DNA from: Balneolales bacterium
GTDB lineage: Bacteria; Bacteroidota; Rhodothermia; Balneolales; HLUCCA01
DNA: 64,000 bases
Direction of reading: 5' to 3'
NCBI GenBank assembly: GCA_024711145.1
Contig: JANJTJ010000117.1
Span: 416-64,415, forward strand
The notes under the pieces: model-generated
Seen by the model: only the letters and a program-made list of their open reading frames with translations
Told to the model about the DNA's origin: nothing
The model's database searches: none
Shown here: piece after piece, positions 39,418-46,564 of the stretch
How positions within the stretch are numbered: position 1 is the stretch's first letter
Layout of the letters: every line of letters starts with the position of its first letter
Made by a program: the position numbers and the translations under genes

Positions 39418-40700
39418 AATCGGTCGCGTTCCACACCCTCGGTTGCAAGCTGAATTTCGCGGAAACCTCCGCGATGCGGAAGACCTTCGAGGGCGGAAGC
39501 TATGAGATCCGCCCCTTCGGGGCCGTGGCGGATGTGTATGTGATCAACACCTGCTCGGTGACCGAAGACGCCGACAAGGACTGCCGGAAGGCCGTCCGGC
39601 GCGCGCTACGCACCAATCCGGATGCCGTGGTGGCCGTCACCGGCTGTTATGCCCAACTGGCGCCCCGGCAGATCGCCGACATCGACGGCGTGAGCCTGGT
39701 GGTGGGTGCCAAGGCCAAGTTCGACCTGCCGGCCCTGCTCAGGGATCTGGACCGGCGGCCGGCCGAAGCCGTGGTGCATCGCACCGATGTGAACGAAGCC
39801 GTCGATTTCCACCACGCACTCTCCTCGGGCGACCGTACCCGCGCCTTCCTGAAAATCCAGGACGGTTGCGACTATTCCTGCGCGTTCTGCACCATTCCGT
39901 TGGCCCGGGGAAAATCCAGATCTCCGCTGATCGGGGACGTGGTGGCCCAGGCCCGCCTGGCCGTGGAGCAAGGGTTTCAGGAAATCATCCTCACCGGTGT
40001 GAACGCGGGCGATTTCGGCCGCTACACGGGACAATCGCTCTACGACCTGCTGGTCGCCCTGGAACAGGTGGATGGCATCGCCCGCATCCGTTTTTCTTCC
40101 GTGGAACCCAATCTCATGGAAGACCGGATCATCGATCTGGCGGCCGAGTCGGCACGCATCATGCCGCATTTCCACATGCCCATCCAAAGCGGCAGCGATG
40201 CCCTGTTGCGGCTGATGCGACGCCGGTACAAAAGCGACCTCTACCGGCAACGGGTGGACCACATCCGCCGGGTGTTGCCCCATGCCGCCATAGGGGTGGA
40301 TGTGATAACGGGCCACCCGGGCGAAACCGACGCCCTGTTCCGGGAATCGTTTGATTTCCTGGACCGCCTCGAGGTCTCCTATCTGCATGTGTTCACCTAC
40401 TCGGAGCGGCCGAACACCCACGCGCTCACTCTGGAACCCGTGGTGCCGGTTGAGGAACGCCGGCAGCGGACCCATGCGCTCAGGCGGTTGTCCGAGCACA
40501 AGCGGGACGCGTTCGAAGCACGCTTCGTTGGAACCGTGCGTCCGGTCCTTTTCGAGGAGGAAGTGAAAGACGGTCACATCGCCGGCTACACCGACAACTA
40601 CATCCGGGTGCGGGCGGCCTGGAGGCCGGAATGGGTGAACCGTATCGTGCCGGTCCACCTCACCAACCGCACCTTGGAGGGCGTATTCGATGTCGGATGA
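39402..40700 (+). CDS. mtaB: tRNA (N6-threonylcarbamoyladenosine) methylthiotransferase MtaB-like radical SAM enzyme
   Basis: VAFHTLGCKLNFAE N-terminus, radical-SAM CDYSCAFC, TRAM-like C-terminus. Start uncertain: GTG 39402 overlaps the nuoH end by 16 nt. Confidence 0.8.
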   Translation: MDDALKSVAFHTLGCKLNFAETSAMRKTFEGGSYEIRPFGAVADVYVINTCSVTEDADKDCRKAVRRALRTNPDAVVAVTGCYAQLAPRQIADIDGVSLVVGAKAKFDLPALLRDLDRRPAEAVVHRTDVNEAVDFHHALSSGDRTRAFLKIQDGCDYSCAFCTIPLARGKSRSPLIGDVVAQARLAVEQGFQEIILTGVNAGDFGRYTGQSLYDLLVALEQVDGIARIRFSSVEPNLMEDRIIDLAAESARIMPHFHMPIQSGSDALLRLMRRRYKSDLYRQRVDHIRRVLPHAAIGVDVITGHPGETDALFRESFDFLDRLEVSYLHVFTYSERPNTHALTLEPVVPVEERRQRTHALRRLSEHKRDAFEARFVGTVRPVLFEEEVKDGHIAGYTDNYIRVRAAWRPEWVNRIVPVHLTNRTLEGVFDVG

Positions 40701-41376
40701 GCTGAAAAAGAAGGTGGATTTCTGGCTGGAACAGGCCCGCGAAGTCTATGGCCCACTGCATTTCGATCCGTCGGAGCGGGGCACGGACCCTCTGCCCGTG
40801 TTGGCTGCCGCCCATCCGTTGGAGGCGTTGCGGTTGGAGTGCGAAGCGGCCGCCGAACTCCGAACCGACCTGCCCGGCACCAATCTCGTGTTCGGGTATG
40901 GCAAGGCCGATGCGGATCTGATGATCATCGGCGAGGCCCCGGGCGAGCAAGAGGACCAGGAAGGCGTACCCTTTGTGGGCCGCGCCGGGCAATTGCTCAC
41001 CAAGATATTGGCCGCCATCGGCTTCACCCGGGAGGACGTGTACATCGCGAACATCCTCAAACACCGGCCACCCAACAACCGGGATCCCCTGCCCGAGGAA
41101 CGGGAGCGGTCGCTGCCCTATCTCGAACGTCAGATCGACATCATCAATCCCAAACTCATCCTTTGCCTGGGGCGCATTTCGGCGCAAACATTGTTGCGCC
41201 AGCCCAAGGCCGAGCTCAAAGATTTGCGCGGAAAATTCCATATCTACCGGGGCAAATACGAACTGATGGTCACCTACCACCCGGCCGCCTTGTTGCGCAA
41301 TCCGGAGTGGAAACACGGGACCTGGGCCGATGTGAAGCAACTGCGGGCCCGATACGATGAACTATGTCCGACCTGA
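40690..41376 (+). CDS. uracil-DNA glycosylase, family 4-like
   Basis: GEAPGEQEDQEGVPFVGRAGQLL, YIANILKHRPPNNRDP and HPAALLRNP motifs. Overlaps mtaB by 11 nt. Confidence 0.85.
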   Translation: MSDELKKKVDFWLEQAREVYGPLHFDPSERGTDPLPVLAAAHPLEALRLECEAAAELRTDLPGTNLVFGYGKADADLMIIGEAPGEQEDQEGVPFVGRAGQLLTKILAAIGFTREDVYIANILKHRPPNNRDPLPEERERSLPYLERQIDIINPKLILCLGRISAQTLLRQPKAELKDLRGKFHIYRGKYELMVTYHPAALLRNPEWKHGTWADVKQLRARYDELCPT

Positions 41377-42890
41377 TCGAATCTTATGGTGAAGCGGGGC
41401 GCGTGCCCCCTCAAGCGGTTGAAATCGAGGAGTCGATCCTCGGTGGCATGCTCATTGAGAAACATGCGGCCGACATGGCCCTTGAGACCCTGAAAGCGGA
41501 GGATTTCTACAAACCCGCGCATCAGCTCATCTTCCAGGCCCTGTCCGACCTCAACAACCGGAACAACCCGCTGGATCTGATCACCCTGGAACAGACGCTC
41601 CGGGACCGGGACCATTTGGAGGATGTGGGTGGTACGGGGTACCTGGTGTCGCTCACGCGGGCCGTGAGCTCGGCGGCCAACATCGAGTACCATGCGCAGA
41701 TCGTGCTGGAAAAATCCATCAAGCGTCGGCTCATCCGCACCTGCACCGAGATCATCCGGCAGAGCTACGATGGCGGTTCGGATCCCTACGATACCCTCAA
41801 CGACGCCGAGCGCGACATCATGGCGCTCACCAATGTGGGCAAATCGAATGCGGTGAAGCCCTTGCAGCCCATGCTGGCCACCACCATGGCCTACCTGGAG
41901 AAACTGGGCGAGCAGAAGACCAACGGCATCACCGGGGTTCCCACGGGGTTGACGCTCGACAAGATGACGGCCGGTTGGCAGAAAGGCGACCTGGTGATCG
42001 TGGCGGCCAGGCCGTCCATGGGTAAGACGGCCTTCGTACTCACCGTGGCCCGGAATGCGGCCTTGCATCCCGATTCCGAGCTCCGCACCAACGTGGGCAT
42101 CTTCAGCCTTGAAATGGCCGACCAGCAGCTCGTGCAGCGGTTGCTCACCATGGAAGCCCGGGTGAATGCCCAGGACGCGCGCACCGGCCGCGTGCATGGC
42201 GACGACTTCCGCCGCCTGATCGACGCCGCATCGCGCCTGCATGATGCCAAAGTCTTCATCGACGACACGCCCGGCTTGTCGTTGAGCGAACTCCGCTCCA
42301 AGGCGCGCCGCCTGGTGAGCGAGCACAAGGTGGGCCTGATCATCATCGACTACCTGCAGTTGATGACCACCAACCTGAAAGACGGCAAGAGCAATCGGGA
42401 GCAGGAAATCGCCTACATCTCCCGGGGACTGAAAGGGTTGGCCAAGGAACTGAGCATCCCCATCATCGCCCTGTCCCAGCTCAGCCGGGCTGTGGAGCAA
42501 CGTACCGGCGACAAACGTCCCCAGTTGAGCGATTTGCGGGAATCGGGCTCCATCGAGCAGGATGCCGACGTGGTCCTTTTCCTCTACCGGCCCGAATACT
42601 ACGGCATCACCACCACCGACGAGGGCCAATCCACGGCAGGCCTGGCCGAAATCATCGTGGGCAAACAGCGGAACGGTCCGGTGGGCAGTGTGAACGTCAT
42701 GTTCATCAAGGATTACGCCCGTTTCGAGAACCTGAGCACCTACGATTCGGCACCCAGCGGCTTCCTTCCGGACGATCCGGCCGAGGCCGGGCCGTTGAAT
42801 GAGGCGGATTTCGAAGCCTTCTCCAAACCGAAAGCGCCGAGCAAGCCCCGGCCCCAGGCCACCTATCCGGAAGAGGAATCCCCGTTCTGA
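41364..42890 (+). CDS. dnaB: replicative DNA helicase
   Basis: PPQAVEIEESILGGML N-terminus, Walker A ARPSMGKTAF, IIALSQLSRAVE, and SGSIEQDADVV motifs. Confidence 0.95.
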   Translation: MSDLIESYGEAGRVPPQAVEIEESILGGMLIEKHAADMALETLKAEDFYKPAHQLIFQALSDLNNRNNPLDLITLEQTLRDRDHLEDVGGTGYLVSLTRAVSSAANIEYHAQIVLEKSIKRRLIRTCTEIIRQSYDGGSDPYDTLNDAERDIMALTNVGKSNAVKPLQPMLATTMAYLEKLGEQKTNGITGVPTGLTLDKMTAGWQKGDLVIVAARPSMGKTAFVLTVARNAALHPDSELRTNVGIFSLEMADQQLVQRLLTMEARVNAQDARTGRVHGDDFRRLIDAASRLHDAKVFIDDTPGLSLSELRSKARRLVSEHKVGLIIIDYLQLMTTNLKDGKSNREQEIAYISRGLKGLAKELSIPIIALSQLSRAVEQRTGDKRPQLSDLRESGSIEQDADVVLFLYRPEYYGITTTDEGQSTAGLAEIIVGKQRNGPVGSVNVMFIKDYARFENLSTYDSAPSGFLPDDPAEAGPLNEADFEAFSKPKAPSKPRPQATYPEEESPF

Positions 42891-42893
42891 GGA

Positions 42894-44633
42894 TCAGCGG
42901 AAGCCGATGCGCAGGTCGTCTACCGACCAATACCGGGTGACCGCCTTGCCGTTGGGATCCAGGTAGGGTTCCTTGCAGGCGAAGAGTTGGTCGATCAGGG
43001 CATCCATCTCTTCCGGTGCCAGGCGTTTCCCACGGGGAATGGCCGTTTTTGAGGCGAAAGCCATGGCCAGGCGCTGACGGGCGTCGAAATCGGCCGAAGG
43101 ATGCACCTGCTGGTACTGCTGCAGGATGCTGGCCAGGAGGTTGCGCTCGTCGCCGCTGGCGATATCGGCCGGTACGCCGCTCACCAGGGCCGCATTGCCG
43201 CTGAGCAGCTGCACATCGAAACCGAGCGCGCGGATGTCGTCGGCCAGCTGCCTCAGCAGGGCGAAATCCGAGGCGGAAAATTCGATGGTTACCGGAAAGA
43301 GCAGCTGTTGGGTGCCGCTCAAACCGCTTCCCAAATGTTCCAAGGCCCTTTCGTACAGGATGCGTTTGTGCGCGGCGTGTTGGTCCACCATGAGCAGACC
43401 GGTGAGGGTCTGGGCACAGATGAACTGGTCGTGCAATTGCCATAAACCGCTGGCCCGGCTCAACGAAGGCCGAGTGCCGGGTTCGGTAGGCAGATTGATG
43501 CGCGACGGAATGCGCTGCACCGGCTCCCCACCCGGACCCTCGGCATAGACGGGCGGAACGGTGGGAAACCACGGTTCCATATCCGGAGCGCCGAAGCCGG
43601 CCGGCAACTGCTCGGGCACGGAGAATTTCCGGTTGAGGGCACGCTTGACTACCGAACGCGTAAGCTGGGCCACGGTCCGTTCGTCCTCGAAGCGGACTTC
43701 CATCTTGGACGGGTGCACGTTCACATCCACCAGCTCGGGGTCCAGGTCGTAGAACAGGCAGAAGAACGGATAGGCGTCCTCCCGCAACCATGGCCGGTAT
43801 TCCTCCAGCACCACATGGGTCAGATGCCTGTGCATGAAGGGCCGGCCGTTCACGAACAGGAACTGCTCACCCCGGTTGCGGCGGGCCAGTTTGGGATCGG
43901 TGACAAACCCATGGATCCGCACGAATCCGGCCCGTTCATCGATGGGCAACAGGGATGGCTTGTAGGACTTGCCGAATATGCCGGCGATGCGGTCGGGCAG
44001 ATCCTGCGCGGGCAGACGGTAGAGCGACTCGTTCTCGTCGGCCAGTTCGAACCCGATAGCCGGGTTGGCCAGGGCCATCTGTTGGAAAATGGTGAGCAGA
44101 TGGCGCATTTCGGTGACGTCGGATTTCAGGAACGCGCGACGGGCCGGCACATTGAAAAACAGGTTGCGAACGGCCACCGAAGTGCCATTGGGCGTCGCTA
44201 CCGGCCTGAACGTGCGCTCCTCCCCTCCCCAGATCTCGTACTCGTGGCCGGCGGCGTCTTCCACCCGTTTGGTTTTCACCGTGACCTGGGCGATCGATGC
44301 GATGCTGGCCATGGCTTCGCCACGGAACCCGAGGGTTCGGATGCTGAGCAGGTCGTCCACCGAGCTGATCTTGCTGGTGGCATGGCGCAGGAAGCAATTG
44401 GGCAGGTCTTCGGGCGGCATGCCGCTGCCGTTGTCCACCACCTGGACCAACAAGCGGCCGGCCTGCTGGATGAGCACGCGGATTTCCGAAGCGCCGGCAT
44501 CGATGGCATTGTCCAGCAATTCCTTGAGGACGGAAGCCGGACGCTGCACCACCTCGCCGGCGGCGATTTTGTTGGCGATTTCCGGGGGGAGCAGCCGGAT
44601 GAGCCCGGCCGGACGTTCGACGGAGGCGGACAC
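42894..44633 (-). CDS. mutL: DNA mismatch repair protein MutL
   Basis: IRLLP..IANKIAAGEVV.RPASVLKELLDNAIDAGA GHKL ATPase N-terminus, and a C-terminal dimerisation region. Confidence 0.95.
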   Translation of the reverse strand: MSASVERPAGLIRLLPPEIANKIAAGEVVQRPASVLKELLDNAIDAGASEIRVLIQQAGRLLVQVVDNGSGMPPEDLPNCFLRHATSKISSVDDLLSIRTLGFRGEAMASIASIAQVTVKTKRVEDAAGHEYEIWGGEERTFRPVATPNGTSVAVRNLFFNVPARRAFLKSDVTEMRHLLTIFQQMALANPAIGFELADENESLYRLPAQDLPDRIAGIFGKSYKPSLLPIDERAGFVRIHGFVTDPKLARRNRGEQFLFVNGRPFMHRHLTHVVLEEYRPWLREDAYPFFCLFYDLDPELVDVNVHPSKMEVRFEDERTVAQLTRSVVKRALNRKFSVPEQLPAGFGAPDMEPWFPTVPPVYAEGPGGEPVQRIPSRINLPTEPGTRPSLSRASGLWQLHDQFICAQTLTGLLMVDQHAAHKRILYERALEHLGSGLSGTQQLLFPVTIEFSASDFALLRQLADDIRALGFDVQLLSGNAALVSGVPADIASGDERNLLASILQQYQQVHPSADFDARQRLAMAFASKTAIPRGKRLAPEEMDALIDQLFACKEPYLDPNGKAVTRYWSVDDLRIGFR

Positions 44634-44837
44634 TCAGGAACCGAGGAGATAGATGATGTATAGGGCCAGAAACATGAGGGTGGCCAGGGCTACGACGCTG
44701 CGCCCTTGGCCGCGCCGCACCTTGCTTTCGAACTTGATGCGGTCCACGGGCGAACGCTCCCGTTCGGGCTTGTAGAAGCGCGGTTGGTAGTCGAACCGTT
44801 TGTGCTGGGCTCCGGCTTTGAACATGCTACGCAACAT
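44634..44837 (-). CDS. small tail-anchored membrane protein (67 aa, unknown function)
   Basis: Basic N-terminal part (FDYQPRFYKPERER) and a single C-terminal TM (VVALATLMFLALYIIYLL). Its stop abuts the mutL ATG. A good promoter match lies just upstream. Confidence 0.45.
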   Translation of the reverse strand: MLRSMFKAGAQHKRFDYQPRFYKPERERSPVDRIKFESKVRRGQGRSVVALATLMFLALYIIYLLGS

Positions 44838-44841
44838 GGGT

Positions 44842-44872
44842 CAAAGGTACCTGATTCCCTTCGTCGGGCCAA
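44842..44872 (-). promoter_or_regulatory. Bacteroidota-type promoter (TTG-N20-TACCTTTG) for the small ORF-mutL unit
   Basis: Minus strand reads TTGgcccgacgaagggaatcaggTACCTTTGacccATG. The -7 box ends 4 nt before the ATG, which implies a near-leaderless transcript. Confidence 0.45.
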
Positions 44873-44903
44873 GAATGGAAGCCGTTTTACGTATCTTCTC
44901 TCC

Positions 44904-45338
44904 ATGTATACCGGACTCCAACATACCCACAGCGGACTGGCCTATCTGGTCCTCCTGCTGCTCGTCCTGGCCGTCGGCGCCGCCAAATACGGCTGGTTCT
45001 TCCGCAAACCCTACTCGGAGGGTCAGCGCAAGCTCACGTTGTTCGCCATGATCGGCAGCCACCTGCAGTTGCTGATCGGGTTGGTGCTGTACATGGTATC
45101 GCCATTGGGTCTCGAAATCCTGAGCGCGGAATCCATGTCGAACGCCCTGGCGCGCTTCTACACGGTGGAACACCCGACGGCGATGATCATCGCATTGGTG
45201 CTGATCACGGTGGGTCATGTCCGCGCCAAGCGGGCTACCGACGACCGTGCGAAGCATTTCAATGTGGTATTATGGATGGGACTCGGCCTGTTGCTGATCC
45301 TGAGCCGCATCCCCTGGAACGTCTGGCCGGGCAACTAA
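44904..45338 (+). CDS. conserved 4-TM membrane protein (unknown function)
   Basis: MYTGLQHTHSGLAYLVLLLL.. with four hydrophobic segments. ATG 44904 chosen inside the 44706 ORF. Confidence 0.5.
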   Translation: MYTGLQHTHSGLAYLVLLLLVLAVGAAKYGWFFRKPYSEGQRKLTLFAMIGSHLQLLIGLVLYMVSPLGLEILSAESMSNALARFYTVEHPTAMIIALVLITVGHVRAKRATDDRAKHFNVVLWMGLGLLLILSRIPWNVWPGN

Positions 45339-45342
45339 GCGT

Positions 45343-45520
45343 TCATCACTTAGGTGGCGCCGGAGGCAAAGGCATTTTCACTTAGAAGGCGCCCGAGGTA
45401 AAGGTTTATAACTGGGGCTGACGCACCATGGGGTTTTCACTTAGAAGGCGCCCGAGGTAAAGGTTTATAACTGGGGCTGACGCACCATGGAGTTTTCACC
45501 TAGGAGGCGCCGGAGGCGTC
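45343..45520. repeat. tandem direct repeat: two full 59-bp units (58/59 identical) flanked by partial copies; the 22-bp core occurs 4 times
   Basis: Units at 45375-45433 and 45434-45492. Core TCACYTAGRWGGCGCC(C)GAGG starts at about 45346, 45378, 45437 and 45496. Confidence 0.9.
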
Positions 45521-45555
45521 TGTTAGCTGTTAGCCGTTAGCCGTCAGCCGTCAGC
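45521..45555. repeat. heptanucleotide tandem repeat (5 units, YGTYAGC)
   Basis: tgttagc tgttagc cgttagc cgtcagc cgtcagc. On the minus strand each unit contains TAA or TGA. The unit at 45549-45555 provides the stop of the dioxygenase gene. Confidence 0.9.
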
Positions 45556-46489
45556 CGATAGAAGGCAACGCCGCTTCGATTTCGGCACGTTTGGGTTCCA
45601 GCCAGGGTGGCAGAATGAGTTCCTCCCCCAGGTGGTCCATGTCTTCGTCGCGATGGAACCCGGGACCATCGGTAGCCAGTTCGAACACGATGCCGTTGGG
45701 TTCGCGGAAATAGACGGATTCGAACCAGAACCGGTCGATTTTGCCGGTCGGAGACAAGCCGGCTTGGGCCAGTACCCGTTGCAGGGCCATTTCTTCCTCG
45801 GCATCGGTCAGGCGCCATGCCACATGGTGCACCCCGCCGACCCCCCAGCGCCCTTGCGGCTCATCGGGGAAAGCGGCCAATTCCACATAGGTACCACTTC
45901 CGCCGGCACCGCTTTCGTAGCGGGTCCAGCCGTTGTCGTCGGCCACACCGCGGAACCCCATGATCTGGGTCAGGAGTGCCACCGTGGGTGCCGGGGTATG
46001 CAGCCCGAGCCGTACGGTATGGAACCCGCGCAATTGGTGTTCGGCGGGCACGGTGCTCCTGTCCCAAAGAACCACCTCGCGGGGTGCGGTCGTTTCGGTC
46101 AGACTCAGCCGGAGCCCGTCAGGATCACGGAACGTGATGACCGCCTCGTCGAACCGGGTGATTCCGGCCTGCACCTCCAGCCCCGATTCCTTCAGATGGG
46201 TTTCCCACCAGGCCAGGCTGCCGGTCGGAACGGCGAAGGACACTTCGCGCACCAAGCCCCACCCGTCCTTCTGTTTGGACATGTGGTTGAAGGGAAAGAA
46301 GGTGAGGTCGGTGCCCGGAGTGCCGTGGGCATCGGCGAAGAAGAAGTGGTAGACATCGGGGGCGTCCTGGTTCACGGATTTTTTGACCAGTCGGAGGCCC
46401 AGCACCCGGGTATAGAAATCCAGGTTGCGTTTGGGATCTCCGGCGAACGCCGTGATGTGGTGGATACCGTGAACAGCCGGGCTTTTCAT
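45551..46489 (-). CDS. VOC-family ring-cleaving dioxygenase (glyoxalase/extradiol dioxygenase fold)
   Basis: GIHHITAFAGDPKRNLDFYTRVLGLRLVKK...YHFFFAD, with a repeated second VOC module (GVHHVAWR). ATG 46489 preceded by AAGGAG. Confidence 0.8.
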   Translation of the reverse strand: MKSPAVHGIHHITAFAGDPKRNLDFYTRVLGLRLVKKSVNQDAPDVYHFFFADAHGTPGTDLTFFPFNHMSKQKDGWGLVREVSFAVPTGSLAWWETHLKESGLEVQAGITRFDEAVITFRDPDGLRLSLTETTAPREVVLWDRSTVPAEHQLRGFHTVRLGLHTPAPTVALLTQIMGFRGVADDNGWTRYESGAGGSGTYVELAAFPDEPQGRWGVGGVHHVAWRLTDAEEEMALQRVLAQAGLSPTGKIDRFWFESVYFREPNGIVFELATDGPGFHRDEDMDHLGEELILPPWLEPKRAEIEAALPSIG

Positions 46490-46516
46490 GAGGGCTCCTT
46501 TTTGTTGTTCCGCACA

Positions 46517-46540
46517 ATTTAGTTGTTTGAACAACTAAAT
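46517..46540. promoter_or_regulatory. perfect AT-rich palindrome upstream of the dioxygenase gene (candidate operator; could also be a weak hairpin after htrA)
   Basis: ATTTAGTTGTT-tg-AACAACTAAAT, 11-bp arms, 27 nt upstream of ATG 46489, in an otherwise GC-rich context. Confidence 0.4.
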
Positions 46541-46564
46541 ACAAGGTACCGGCGTTCCCGACGG

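Noticed and set aside
45375-45492. Possibility that the 59-bp repeats form a small CRISPR array.
   Set aside because: The sequences between the 22-bp cores are themselves identical between units, so this is tandem duplication rather than unique spacers. There are only two full units, and no cas genes anywhere in the window.
45428-45533. Mini-ORFs inside the repeats: MGFSLRRRPR, and MEFSPRRRRRRLLAVSR.
   Set aside because: They are very short and Arg-rich purely because of the GGCGCC/GGAGG repeat core. No promoter or RBS context supports them. They are more parsimoniously a by-product of the repeat.
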